Assembly (NCBI GenBank): GCA_964016885.1
Contig: OZ024746.1
Location: forward strand, 28,086,001 to 28,150,000
From: Eledone cirrhosa
Taxonomy: Eukaryota
Direction: 5' to 3'
Length of the DNA: 64,000 bases
A model generated the notes under the pieces. It worked only from the letters and a program-made list of their open reading frames with translations. It was not told where the DNA came from and made no database searches. Shown here piece after piece: positions 29,273 through 42,067 of the stretch; within the stretch, counting starts at the first letter, position 1; every line of letters begins with the position of its first letter. Made by a program: the position numbers and the translations under genes.

Positions 29273-29833
29273 GTAGTAGTAGTATTTTAGTATTTTTGTT
29301 CTCACCTTATTAACCTGTCATTGTAAGATAGCATTGGCTGATTACTAACTATCTATAGCAGTGGTGTAAAGCCGGCTTTATAAAATGCTTTCACTACAAT
29401 CTCGTATTAGTATTTTTCTTCACCTATTAAACTTTTCTATAGCTTAGCAACACCAATGAGAGATTTGGTGATTGTGGAAATGGAGTAGTAACCAGAAATT
29501 GTGAGGTTTTTTTTTGTTTTTTTTTATATATTTATTTCCTTATTTTTATAAGGGTCTTTCTTTTACTCCCTTTCGATTTACCTATTCTTTCGACTCCCCC
29601 CTCTCCTTCTCCAGTACACTTTTTTCGACCTTCTATACACTATCCTTAGAATCTGCAGTATAGATTTCACTTTCAACGCTTGACTGGGTTTCCCCCACTC
29701 CCTCTTTGTTCTACCGGCTTGTTCAGCCCCCCCCCCCTACCTCCCACCAAATGCCATGATAGAATCATCTGTCTTTGCAACACATTTTTTTACCAATCCT
29801 TTTGACAATTACTATCTTCCCATATAAGGAATT

Positions 29834-29929
29834 ACCTCCTGAGAAGTTCGGCTATTTATTTACCAGGCTAAAAATTCTTATTTAGTCCAGAATTAGTCGT
29901 CGAAACGGCTTGAGCTCTGCCGTCGGGGT
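29834..29929 (+). ncRNA. Hammerhead-ribozyme-like motif (type I, variant core CUGAGAA)
   Basis: Stem I ACCUC/GGGGU; CUGAGAA; stem II CGGCUA/UAGUCG; GAAA; stem III CGGC/GCCG; GUC triplet ending at 29924. G8 is replaced by A. Confidence 0.6.
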
Positions 29930-30043
29930 CATACTTGTTCCTATTACCCACTCTATTACCCTAAGTATTGAGTACTTTGGTGCGTTATGGTCCATCTGGT
30001 TCCTTACCACATTTCCTTCGTTATATATATATATATATATATA

Positions 30044-30830
30044 TATGAGGTGTGTCAGAAAACAAAACAGGACTGGGAACGCAAAAAAAAAAAAAATACA
30101 AACAAGTTTTCCCCTTCGAAATAATCCTCCGCGAGTCTAATGAACTTTCTCGACCTTTTCCGCCAATCTTCCATGCACTCCAGGACGGATTCTCCCGGGA
30201 TTCGCCACAGCTCCATCATCATAGCCCTCTATGGCTTCCACATCCACAACCCAAAACCCGTTCCCTAGTTGACTCTCTTGAGCTTATGGGGAAAAAAATA
30301 ATCACATGGAACCAGGTTGGGTCAGTAAGGGGGTTGCTTCAGTACGGCGATGTTCTTCTTGGCCAGGAAATGCCAGATGCTTTGACACCATCTTCGTTCA
30401 GATCTCCCGTCATTCATACCCAGCTCATTTGTAATCAGTTGAACAGTCAGCCAACAATCGCCACAGACCACCTGCCTCATGAGTTCAATGTTGACCTCAG
30501 TCATTTATGTTCAATGCCTTCCACTCCCGGGGTCATCTTCCATGTCCTTGCATCCCTCTTTGAACATTTTGTGCTACGCGGAAACCAATGAATATGACTT
30601 CATCTCAGCTATGTACACTTGCTGAAATATTCTGAGTGTTTCTGATGGACATTTCCCCAGCCAGATCAGAAACTTCAGGTTAATTTGTTGCTCTCTGCCT
30701 ATCGCTTAACAGCCTAAAATTGAAGAGCTGTTGACAAGAGCATGTGAAAAATCATACAATGGCTGCAGAAAGCTGAGGTCGTAAATATATACTCCCCAAA
30801 TATTACATCACATGGTGATGCAACCCATTA
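30044..30830 (-). mobile_element. Internally deleted, degenerate mariner (Tc1/mariner) transposon
   Basis: Minus strand encodes D.WLTVQLI.NELGM (HTH region) fused to FLAKKNIAVLKQPPY*PDLVPCDYFF..KLK (YSPDLAP.D motif) ... DYFEG. The TA-flanked end is TATGAGGTGTGTCAGAAAA. The right boundary is uncertain. Confidence 0.8.
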
Positions 30831-30859
30831 ATCCCTACCCTATTCATAGCTCACACAGT

Positions 30860-31121
30860 CCTGTTACTTGAAATGGTATGGACATGTGATGCGCATGGGG
30901 GACAACCGATGGGTGAAGAAGTGCCAGGAAGTCCCAGTGGAGGGAAGACGCAGTAGAGGTAGACCACGAAAAACATGGGCGGAGGTGGTGAGAGCAGACC
31001 TCAGATCTCTGAAACTCACGGAGGAGATGACGAAGGACCGTGACGGGTGGAGAGATGCTGTGCTGAATAGGACCCGTCCAACCCTTGCAAGCAGGGAAAA
31101 GTGGACGTAAAATGATGATGA

Positions 31122-31125
<4 letters not shown>
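30860..31125 (+). mobile_element. RTE LINE 3' fragment (second family)
   Basis: LKWYGHVMRM.D.RWVKKC....VEG.RSRGRPRKTW.EVV..DL ... DRDGWR, ending in a (GAT)n tail. Confidence 0.85.
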
Positions 31126-31175
<50 letters not shown>

Positions 31176-31647
31176 TTTTTAGATAAGAAACCAATTAAAA
31201 TAATGAAATGTTGAAACAGTAAATACACAAAAAAAAAGATTGGGAAAAAACAAAAAAAGAACAAGGAATGTAAGATTATAGGAAAAAATGTGTGTATGTA
31301 TATGTTTCTGTGTGTATATGTGTGTATCTATGTCTGTATATGTGCGTATCTATGTGTGTATATGTGTGTATCTATGTGTGTATATAAGTATGTGTATGCG
31401 TACGTGTGTGTGTGTGGGGGGGAGTACGTATTTGTATATATGTGTTTCTGTGTATGTATCTGTGCGTGAGTGTGTGTATATCTAGCTATGTGTGGGTATG
31501 TATAGTTGTGTGTATCTCTGTGTGTGTGTTGTGGAAACAGAACAGAAAGGAAACAATGTACAAATTACAACTGAAACATATATATATTGATATTATTACG
31601 TCTACGATTATTATCATTATTGTTGTAATCAGAGTTACGTCCCTTTA

Positions 31648-31772
31648 TTGTTTGAGTTCAAATCCCGCCGAGGTTAACTTTGCCTTTCATCCTTACTGGG
31701 TCGATAAAATAAAGTACCAGTAATACACTGGGATAATTGCTGGCCTTGTGCCAAAAGTAGAAGCAATTATTA
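31648..31772 (+). mobile_element. SINE family A copy (5' truncated)
   Basis: tgagttcaaatcccgccgaggttaactttgcctttcatcc...agaagcaattatt. Confidence 0.8.
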
Positions 31773-31779
31773 TTATTTT

Positions 31780-32425
31780 TGTTGTTAGTAGTAGTAAAGT
31801 CATTATTATTATTGTTATTTTTGTTATTATTGCTGTTGTTATTGTTATTGCTGTTGTTATTGTTATTACTGATGTAAATGTTATCATTATTGCTGTTGTC
31901 ATTGTTATTGCTGTTGTTGCTGTTGTTGTTGTTATCGTTATTGCTGTTGTTGTTATTGCTGCTGTTGTTATTGCTGTTGTTGTTATTGTTATTGCTGTTG
32001 TTATTGCTGTTGTTATCGTTATTGTTATTGCTGTTGTTATCGTTATTGTTGTTGTTGTCGTTATTGCTGTGTGTTGCTATTGCTGTTGTTGTTGTTGTTG
32101 TTATTGCTGTTGTTGTTATTGCTATTGTTATTGTTATTACTGTTGTTATTACTGTTATTGTTATTACTGTTGTTATTGCTGTTATTGTTATTACTCTTAT
32201 TGTTATTACTGTTGTTATTGCTGTTATTGTTATTATTGATGTTATTGTTATTACTGTTGTTATTGCTGTTGTTATTGCTGTTATTGTTGTTATTGCTGTT
32301 ATTGTTATTGCTGTTATTGTTGTTATTGTTATTGCTGTTATTGTTATTACTGTTGTTATTGCTGTTATTGTTATTACTGTTGTTATTACTGTTGTTATTG
32401 CTGTTGTTATTGCTGTTGCTGTTCT
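31780..32425. repeat. Cryptic trinucleotide repeat (TTG/TTA/CTG)n
   Basis: Generates the poly-L, poly-V/I/A and poly-C/Y ORFs. Confidence 0.95.
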
Positions 32426-32609
32426 TCTTCTATGTCACATTGATGTGTGATGAGAGAAGAAAGTAAAACTATTGTGAAACAATTAGGTTAATTCCATTTA
32501 TGATTGTTTTATGGCAGATTGTTTAAAATCTTTCTCTTTAGGTATTTATATAACACACATCTATATCACACAAACATTACATATACAGTGGAATGTGGCT
32601 GTGTGATGG

Positions 32610-32611
<2 letters not shown>

Positions 32612-32670
<59 letters not shown>

Positions 32671-32671
32671 C

Positions 32672-32704
<33 letters not shown>

Positions 32705-32991
32705 CATATATATACATATATACATATAAATATATACATATATACATATACATATATACATATAAATATATATATATATACATATAAATATATATATATA
32801 CATATAAATATATATATATACATATAAATATATATATATACATATAAATATATATATATATACATATAAATATATATATATACATATAAATATATATATA
32901 TAAACATATGCATATACATATATATATACATATACATACATATAAATATATACATATAAATACATATAAATATATACATATATACATATAA

Positions 32992-33024
<33 letters not shown>

Positions 33025-34416
33025 CATATAAATATATATATATATACATATATATATACATATATATATACAAATATATATATACAAATATATATATATA
33101 CAAATATATATATAAACATATATATATATATATAAACATATATATATATATAAACATATATATATATATAAACATATATATATATAAACATATATATATA
33201 CATATAAACATATATATATATAAACATATATATATACATATAAACATATATATATATAAACATATATATATATATACATATAAACATATATATATATATA
33301 AACATATATATACATATAAACATATATATATATATATAAACATATATATATAAACATATATATATATACATATAAACATATATATACAAACATATATATA
33401 TATACATATAAACCTATATATATATATATAAACACATATATACAAACATATATATATATACATATAAACCTATATATATATATATATAAACACATATATA
33501 CATATAAACATATACATATATACATATAAACATATATATATAAACATATGTATATATATAAACTTATATATGTATATATAAACATATATATATATATAAA
33601 CATATATATATAAAAACATATATATAAACATATATATATATATATATAAACATATATATATATATACATATAAACATATATATATATATAAACATATATA
33701 TATATATAAACATATATATATACATATAAACATATATATATATAAACATATATATATATAAACATATATATATATAAACATATAAACATATATATATATA
33801 TATAAACATATATATATATATACATATATATATATACATATATATATATATACATATACACATATATATATATATATACACATATATATATATATATACA
33901 TATATATATACATATACATATATACATATATATATATATACATATATAAACATATATACAAACACATATATATATATATACAACCACATATATATATACA
34001 TATATATATATAAACATATATATATATATACAAACACATATATATATACAACCACATATATATATACATATATATATATAAACATATATATATATATATA
34101 CAAACACATATATATTTACATATATATATATATAAACACATATATATATATATATACACATACATATATATATATATACACATACATATATATATATATA
34201 TATACAGATACATATATATATACACATACATATATATATATATATAAATACATATATATATATATATACATATATGCACACACACACACATATATATACA
34301 CACACATATATATATTTATACATATATGCACACGCACACAAATATATATACACGCACACATATATATATATATATATACATATATGCACACACACACACA
34401 CACACATATAATATAT
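32612..34416. repeat. ~1.8-kb compound (TA)n/TAAACA/TACA microsatellite
   Basis: Directly visible; source of the spurious 633-aa ORF. Confidence 0.95.
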
Positions 34417-34610
34417 ATCATCATCATCATCATCGTTTAACGTCCATGTTCCACGCTTGCATGGCATTGGACGGGAGTTTTCCCACTTGAGGCAAGAGTG
34501 GTTGTCTTGCTCGCATAGGACTGTCTGGCGGATTTTCTACAGCTGGATGCCCTTCCTAACACCAACCACATTTACAGTGTGGGGGTGGGATGTTTTTACC
34601 GTGTTGCCTA
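34417..34610 (-). mobile_element. RTE 3'UTR fragment
   Basis: Matches 22293-22490. Confidence 0.8.
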
Positions 34611-34892
34611 TATATATATACATATATTATGACTCAGTACAGGTGGCATGGCGTAATATTTCACCCCTTTATTACAATTATCTACTAAAAAGGCACATTC
34701 AATATGGTTGAATGGTTAAGAAGTTCACTTTGCAGTCACTAAGCCTGTCATTTTCCTTCAGTCACCCTAAATCTTATGAGCAAAACTGGTTACACAGAAG
34801 CTGGTATGAAGCCCATCGAATTTTAAAATAATTTTCAAAATAACAAAGTATTTTTAATATTGAAAGATTTATTAATCATATATAACCAACTT

Positions 34893-35080
34893 TGGATTGG
34901 CAGTATCGGTAGAGGGTCGGGCGCCATGCTTTGACGCATAGAGTTACGGCCCTTGCCATTCTGAGTTCAAATCCCGCCGAGGTTAACTTTGTCTTTCATC
35001 CTTACGGGGTCGATAAAATAAAGTACCAGTAATGCACTGGGTAATTGCTGGCTTTGTGTCACAAAGTAGAAACAATTATA
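34893..35080 (+). mobile_element. SINE family A copy (full length)
   Basis: ggattggcagtatcggtagagggtcgg ... gagttcaaatccc ... agaaacaattat. Confidence 0.85.
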
Positions 35081-35179
35081 TAGCAGGTATTTGAAACATA
35101 ATCTAAAGGTTCTGACATAAAATTATGAAAACAGATTTTTAGATAAATATAAACACTTTGAAATATACATTTTTGTATC

Positions 35180-35570
35180 ATAGAACCACTGGCTATTTTA
35201 GGCAACTTGGCATGAATGGATTTGAAATACAGTTTGTTCAATATGGGGCTGGCCAGGCAGCAAAAAAACCCTGCGAGAGTCAAGTCTGTTGGTTCGAGGG
35301 GCACAACTATTCAACTCCATTCCGGTACGTCAGAAATCTATCAGGATGCAGTGTGGAATCATTCAAATTGCAGCTGAAGAGATACTTAAGCACCATTAGA
35401 GATGAACCCCATCTCCCAGGATATACACAATGAGCACAAACTGACTCAAACTCGCTCCTACACATGTCAAAATTAAACGGAGAATCCAACCTGGCAACCA
35501 CACCAGACTCTGAGGGTGGAGTCTTCGACTTGGCCTGAGCATGGACTCAAACTCAAATGAAATATGGCTA
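35180..35570 (+). mobile_element. Degenerate CR1/L2-group LINE 3' fragment
   Basis: G.QLFNSIP / YVRNLSGCSVESFKLQL..YL..I.DEP.LPGY...SNSLL resembles the C-terminus of invertebrate CR1-group ORF2. Confidence 0.55.
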
Positions 35571-35619
35571 AACTAGAGAACAACAATTTAGTATGACTCT
35601 TGATTTTCTCCATAGATGC

Positions 35620-35890
35620 TACTGAATGTGTCAATCGTGGTAACATCTATATCACCACGGTGACCTCTGAAGCTGTCAGTCTTCTAAGTCTTGCTAATGA
35701 CACCATCACCATGTTGTCTGCTACAGCAGTCAATCTTGTCAGTCTTGTCAATGTCTACATCACCATGGTAACCTCCACAGCTGTCAGTCAATGACTACAC
35801 CGCCATTGTAACCTCCATAACTGTCAATCTTGTCAGTCTTGTCAATGACTCCATCTCCATGGTGTCTGCTGCAGTTGTCAAACTTGTCAG
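35620..35890. repeat. Degenerate minisatellite (gtcaatcttgtcagtcttgtcaatgac...catcaccatgg)
   Basis: About 5 diverged copies. Confidence 0.65.
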
Positions 35891-36164
35891 GCCTCAGCAC
35901 ATGATACAGGCATCTAACCGATACATGCATAGAAAATAGATGTTAAATGGTGATGTTGATGAAAGCATGTGTATATGTACCTTTGTGTATTTAGTTTACA
36001 ATAAATACATTGTGTCTTTGCCTGCTATAATGATATAAGAAGGGATTAAAAAGGGTTGGTGTCAGAAATAGTATCCAGCTGTAAAACATTGCCTCAAGAA
36101 GTTCTATACAACCCATACCAGCATAGGAAAGTTGACATAAAAATAATGATGATGATGATGATAT

Positions 36165-36196
<32 letters not shown>

Positions 36197-36199
<3 letters not shown>

Positions 36200-36430
36200 G
36201 GAGGTGAGTTTTATTGTAGTACAATAAAGCAATGCAGATATCGGATAAGAAGCACTCATATGTTGATTTAAAACTGCACTATCCACAAGTGTTTTTTAAC
36301 CTTCATATCATGTCCTCCTATTTTATCTGATGAAAACACAAATGTTATTGCATGATGATATTTGTTTTTGAAATGCGCATAATAAAATACATGGAACTCA
36401 TTTAACCATCTTTTGATCTTATATATTATA
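36197..36430 (+). mobile_element. Short non-autonomous Penelope-derived element carrying a hammerhead ribozyme
   Basis: A second copy lies at 61628-61827. Both are embedded in (TA)n, and the 5' part is the inverted tail of the element. Confidence 0.65.
36319..36389 (+). ncRNA. Minimal type I hammerhead ribozyme
   Basis: Stem I UAUUUUAU/AUAAAAUA (8 bp perfect); CUGAUGA at 36327; 16-bp stem II with one mismatch and a GCAU loop; GAAA at 36370; palindromic stem III AUGCGCAU; AUA triplet, predicted cleavage after 36381. Confidence 0.85.
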
Positions 36431-36513
36431 TATATATATATACATACATAGCCTTACCATGCTAGTGTGGAAAAAAGGCCGTAAAACGGTGATGATGATC
36501 ACACACACACAAA

Positions 36514-36554
<41 letters not shown>

Positions 36555-37679
36555 TTACATATATAGTAACAAAAAACTTTTGACTTTATTTTGTCATTAT
36601 TAGGATTGTCATTATTGTTGTTATTGTGTGGTTGTTGTTGTCATCATGATGTTGCTGTTGTCATTGTCATCGTCGTTGTTTCAAAACTGTTTTGTTTTTA
36701 TTGCTTCATTTGTTATGAAATTACTCAGCCATAATGAAATTGGCATGTTGTCGCTGTGTGATTCAACTAACACTCTCAAATACTATCCCTCTCACCACCA
36801 CCACCACCACCACCACCACCACCACCACCACCACCACCACCACCACCACCACTACTACTAATAATAATAATAATACTGCTGCTCTTACATGTTGAAGGAG
36901 TTGTGTGCAGTATGGTGTGTGAAGAGGGAAGCAATCTTGCCATAATCAGCAGAAATGATGAATATATAAACTGGAACACACCATTTTCCTCTCTAATTTA
37001 CTTTCTAAGCACGAGTGTGTGTGTATGTGTGTATACATATATATACATATATATATATTTATACCAAAGTTTATATACACATGTAAATACATTTATACAT
37101 ATATATATATATATATATACATGCGCATACACATATACACACACTACACAAATACATAAATATATACACCATAAGCGCACGCACACACATACATATATAT
37201 ATATAGAAGCGGGAGAAAAATATAATCACTTAGAAAGTTCTAGTTGTTAGATTGTAAAATCTCACACAATATACTCACAGATGAAAAAATATACGCACAT
37301 ATATTGACACCTACACACATACACACATACACACACACACCTCTATTCGTATTCCATATACATATTCCATATCCATATAGACACCTATATACATATTGTA
37401 GTGATACAACTGATTATTACATTCACACTCACAATTCTTTTTCTTCTTTCATAGATAGAGACACAAATAAGTAGATGGATGCTCCATCAGTTTTAACAAG
37501 GAGAAAGTAATCCAGTTGTTTGATCAACAAAACTATTAGTAATGCAGTATTCCATAGACAGTTGTAAGTTTAATGCAATCCTCACCTTGATTCAATGCGA
37601 CACTGAGATAAGGTTGGTTTTTAAATTACAGCCACAAGTTGGGTTTCTAGAGGGTTTCTGCCACTCATGTCATCATCAT

Positions 37680-38018
37680 TTTTATCATTTCATTTTACGT
37701 CCGCTTTTTCCCTGCTTGCAAGGGTGGGACGGGAACTGATTCTGGCTTGATTTCTACAGCTGGATGCCCTTCCTAACACCAACCTCATTTACAGTGAGTG
37801 CTGGGTGCTTTTTTGCCGTGGCACCTGCACGACCACTTTGCAGTGGAATGATATGGACCCCAGTCCCTACCATCTCATTTCTACAGCTGAGTAAACTGGA
37901 GCAATGTAAAATAAAGTGTCTTGCTCAAGGAAACAACACATCCCCCGGTCTGAGAATTGAACTCACAACCTTTCGATTGCAAGGCCAATGCTCTAACCAC
38001 GAAGCCATGTGCCTCCAT
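37680..38018 (-). mobile_element. tRNA-derived SINE family B (RTE-tailed)
   Basis: Near-identical to 43866-44207 and the reverse complement of 45151-45489. Confidence 0.88.
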
Positions 38019-38914
38019 GTATGTCTGAATATTGCACAAACACTATGTGATGAGGCTGGCCCTTTGAATTACAGCCACAAGCCTTCTGTTGGATTTCTAA
38101 AGGGTTTTTGCCATGTGTAACACAATACAAGTTTCTTAACATTTGACATCCAGCAATGATTTAGCAGAAAATATGTAAAAAGAAGTTTGTTAATTCAAAT
38201 ATTCATAGTATTATTATTGCAGAAAGTTCATTATGAAAGTTCATTATGAAAACTTGCTGTATTGATTTTAATGTGATTCAGTGATAGTGCTATTTTGGAT
38301 GTTTCAAGAGTATCTTGCTAATGCTAATGCAGTTTCATGTGGTACAAGATGTAAATATGGTGAAAGACCAGAGACTACAAGGATTGGAAAGGTCCCTTTT
38401 AGCCTTGAAGAGGACAACACAACATTGTTTGTGCTGACGAAATGATAAAATGCAACCAGTACACTGTTTAGTGGTTGGTGTTAGAAAGGGATTCTAGCTA
38501 TTGAAACCTTGTCATGTATGGGTGATGATGATGATGAACAAGAAATACGAGAATGCTAGTGTGAGGGTTTACAATTATTAGACCCAAATCTGGGAAAATG
38601 TCAGGCTGGTTCGCAGCATTAATATCCTATATTTAATGTGCGTACTAGTTATACAAACAAGGATGTTTGCATAGAGTTTTTGAAGTGTGTATTTAGCCAA
38701 TAAATATATCAGATAAATTAGTAAGCTTTCCATGGCAGCGGCTCCAATTATTTTTAATGGCTTAGGGGAAGGGCAGGGTTATACTTGTTTTTTTATTCTT
38801 TTACTGATTTCAATCATTAGGGTAAGGCCATGCTGGAGTAGTGTTTAAAAGGATTGTGTTGACCCCACTGCATATTTTTAAAAGTCTGGTACTTTTTTTT
38901 ATGTCACACTGCTT

Positions 38915-39100
38915 AATAATTGTTTCTACGTTAGGCACAAGGCCAGCAATTACCCAGTGCATTACTGGTACTTTATTTTATCGACCCCGTAAGGATGAAA
39001 GGCAAAGTCAACCTCGGCGGGATTTGAACTCAGATCGTAAAGGGACGTAACTATGCTGGAAAGCATGGCGTCCGACCCTCTACCGATACTGCCAATTCAC
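38915..39100 (-). mobile_element. SINE family A copy
   Basis: Matches 1-190. cactgcttaataat is present on both flanks (possible TSD). Confidence 0.85.
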
Positions 39101-39659
39101 TGCTTAATAATGAGAGCTAATTATGGGTTATAAACAAACAGCAATCAAACACACACACACACATATATACACTGGTCTTCCACACAGTTATCATCTACCA
39201 AATTCCACTCACAAGGCATTTCTCAAGGTGCTATGGATTAAGACAGAACCAGCATGTGGTTGCGAATTGAACACTTTAAACACACAGCCATTTATGTATT
39301 CACTTGTCATATTTTTTTTATAATTGATTCAGATGATTGTCTGAAATACCACTGACCATTCCAGATGAAAGATTACCGACAAAAGTGGGTGAATATTTGA
39401 CTAGGAGAAAGACAAAAAGCCAGTCATCACCATGTTGTTTTGTCAATATTAAAATAACAAAATGTCAAGCATAACATATGAAATAGGAGTTATTCAGGAA
39501 AAAGTCAGAAAGTCAGTTTCTAATGCAATTATTCTTTAAAATAAATAAATATCTTTTAACTCTTTAATGGTTGTATTTCCACTGAATAACACTGTTTCAA
39601 TTAATTAATGGCCAGATTGTTATGAAAATGGTTAAACACACAGAATGGTATAGGAATAG

Positions 39660-40035
39660 GAAGAAAGGAGTCTGTACTGGTATGGACATGTGATTTCTAT
39701 GGTTGATTGTTGAGTGAAGAAGTGCAAAGAAAGAGATTCTAGTGGATGGAAGCTGCAGTAGAAGAAGACAGAGGAAAACCTGGGTAGGAGTGGTGAGAGC
39801 TAATCTCAAAATTCTGAATCTCACAGCAGATATGGTGAAGGAATACAACAAATGGAAGGAAACTGCAGTAGAGGATAACCAAGGAAGAACTAGACAGATG
39901 TGGTGATAGCAGATCTCAAAAACTGAACCTACTAGCAGTGATGAAGAAGAATACAAAAAGTAGATGGAGGCTGTGATTAACTAGGTCTGTCTAACCCCTA
40001 CATGCATTGAAAAATGGACAAATGATGATGATGAT
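39660..40035 (+). mobile_element. Degenerate RTE 3' fragment(s)
   Basis: WYGHV...V.KCK.I.VDGSC..RR..KTW..VVRA.LK, partly duplicated, with a (GAT)n tail. Confidence 0.6.
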
Positions 40036-40138
40036 GGTTGAGAATATCACTTTGTAAACATGGTTCTTGGTTCAATTCCACTGTGAGATAAGAAGGGAGA
40101 CTGAGGTAGGAGATAGATAGATAAGAAAATGAAAGAAT

Positions 40139-40180
<42 letters not shown>

Positions 40181-41405
40181 GGGAGAGAGAGAGAAAGCGA
40201 GAGAGGGGGGGGGGGTAAGAAAGAAAGGAGATCATAGATAGAAAGAAAGAAAGAAAGGAAAAAGAAAGCAAGAGATTTACTATCAAGCGATATTTTACTC
40301 CAGAAGATTACATAATGTTGCCAAATGTATTCCTATCAGGGTGTTTTCTAAACAACATCAACAACAATAAAAACAACCAACAAATAACTACAACAACAGT
40401 AACAACCACAACACCACTGCTAACAACAACACCAACAACAAAAACAACAGCAACAATAATGACACAAGAGAGTTAGTGAGGGTAAATGATTTTCTATGGA
40501 GAAATGCCAATTATTCCAGCATGAAATCTTGGAAGGACAAAAGAATGGTGAAAAACAAAATAAAACAAGAAATAAGTTAGGAAAAGAAGGGGAGAAGCAT
40601 GGAAAAGGCATGAAAATGGTAGAGATTCATTGAAGAATGTCAAATGTTGGTTGATTTGATACATGTCTGGCAGAAGACTTAGAAATGGCAGTGGGCCATT
40701 TTATAGCAGATACATTGTTGGTCAATTTAGATAACAAAGAAATATCTATAGTGCCTTAGCTAAAAACATTTTCTCTCTCCCTCTCATTCTTTCTCTCTCT
40801 CTCTCTCTTTCATTCCCTCTCTTTCTCCCCATCTCACTCCTTTTCTCCCTCTCTCTCTTTCATTCCTCCTCTTTCTCTCTCTCTTCCACCCACTCCCTCA
40901 CTGACCATAGTTATGTAACCCGATGCCTTGTTTCATTTGTTTTTCTATCTCCATATACAGCTACTTCAATAATAACCACCACCACCACTACTAACACTAC
41001 TACTACTACTACTACTACAAATACAACTACACCACTGCATTCACCACCACCACAACAGCCCCACACCACCAACACCACAATCATAACAACAGCCTCTCCT
41101 ACTACCACTACCACCACCACAACAACAACATCCCCCATCTCCACCACTAGTTTAGCTTTGGTAAACAACTAGCATTGAAAGAAAGATTGTTCCAATGACA
41201 TTGATAACTAGCAGTGGTACTGGGCATTGCCCAGGTGCTGAATATGTATCATTTTATTCTTTTATTAGTTTCAGTCATTTGACTGTGACCATGCTCAAAA
41301 TGGGTATTAGTCCATTGTATTGAACCAGTAATTATTTAATGGCAATCTCTTTTCTGAACTGATAAGTTACAAACCATAAACACACATACTCGTGTGTGTG
41401 TGTGT

Positions 41406-41446
<41 letters not shown>

Positions 41447-41579
41447 TACGCCATGGTCCTTTTTACCAAATTTCATTCTCAAGGTACTACACAGTGGGAT
41501 TGAATCTGCAACCATGTGTCCTTGCATCGATAGATGGATGAATAACTTGAAATATACAAATCTATATATATATATATAT

Positions 41580-41793
41580 AGTTTTATTATAGATGAGATT
41601 CTACAGGACTAGAACTGTTTCATTCATTAGAAATCATCAGATTTCTAATGAATGAAACAGTTGAAAAATCTGATGATTTCTAATGAATGAAACAGTTCTA
41701 GTCCTGTAGAATCTCATCTATAATAAAACTGTTATACTCTATGTATTGAGTACCTTACTTACTGTGGTTACCTCCGATTCAACCCGGAATAAC

Positions 41794-41794
<1 letters not shown>
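41580..41794 (+). mobile_element. Fold-back mini-element with hammerhead-like core and Penelope-type tail
   Basis: 41580-41644 is the reverse complement of 41666-41730. It contains CTGATGA..GAAACAG..CTGTA, then tattgagtac, and is flanked by (TA)n. Confidence 0.65.
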
Positions 41795-41833
<39 letters not shown>

Positions 41834-42067
41834 GTATGTTTGTGTGTGTGTGTGTGTGTGTGGGAGGGGGGGGTAAGATCCTTCGAAACATCCAATCACT
41901 CCTGGATACACTACTGATGATGTGTCCTGTAATTGGATTACCTGGATGAAGGTGACTATGTTGTAAGACCTGTAACTAGGATACAACACTGAGAAGTTAC
42001 ATTTGTAGTTATATGAAGATTCAAAATAAAATGTTTGAAAGAGAAACACATCAAAAGAAATATTTAC

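Larger units (their letters stand above)
27152..30022 (-). mobile_element. Penelope-like retroelement, 5'-truncated, with inverted pseudo-LTRs
   Basis: 27152-~27820 is the reverse complement of ~29275-29943, plus an extra tail at 29944-30022 on the right arm. An RT/endonuclease coding fragment lies between the arms, and both sides are flanked by (TA)n. Confidence 0.92.

Noticed and set aside
31748-32466. Poly-L / poly-VIA ORFs resembling membrane proteins
   Set aside because: Trinucleotide repeat with no splice or start context.
32561-34467. 633-aa and other long Y/I/M/C-rich ORFs
   Set aside because: Translations of a TA/CA microsatellite. The same applies to ORFs at 8294-8599, 12354-12729, 19340-20128 and 26881-27227.
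39325-39420. Apparent minus-strand acceptor TTTTTGTCTTTCTCCTAG
   Set aside because: The following sequence (tagtcaaatattc) recurs in similar contexts near 60950, 16850 and 6620, suggesting a dispersed repeat rather than an exon.
40727-40759. Alternative terminal exon LRHYRYFFVI* (minus strand)
   Set aside because: The acceptor is preceded by a purine-rich (GA)n tract and is too weak to support without transcripts.
41910-42010. CTGATGA followed by a possible stem
   Set aside because: No GAAA or stem III in the right position.
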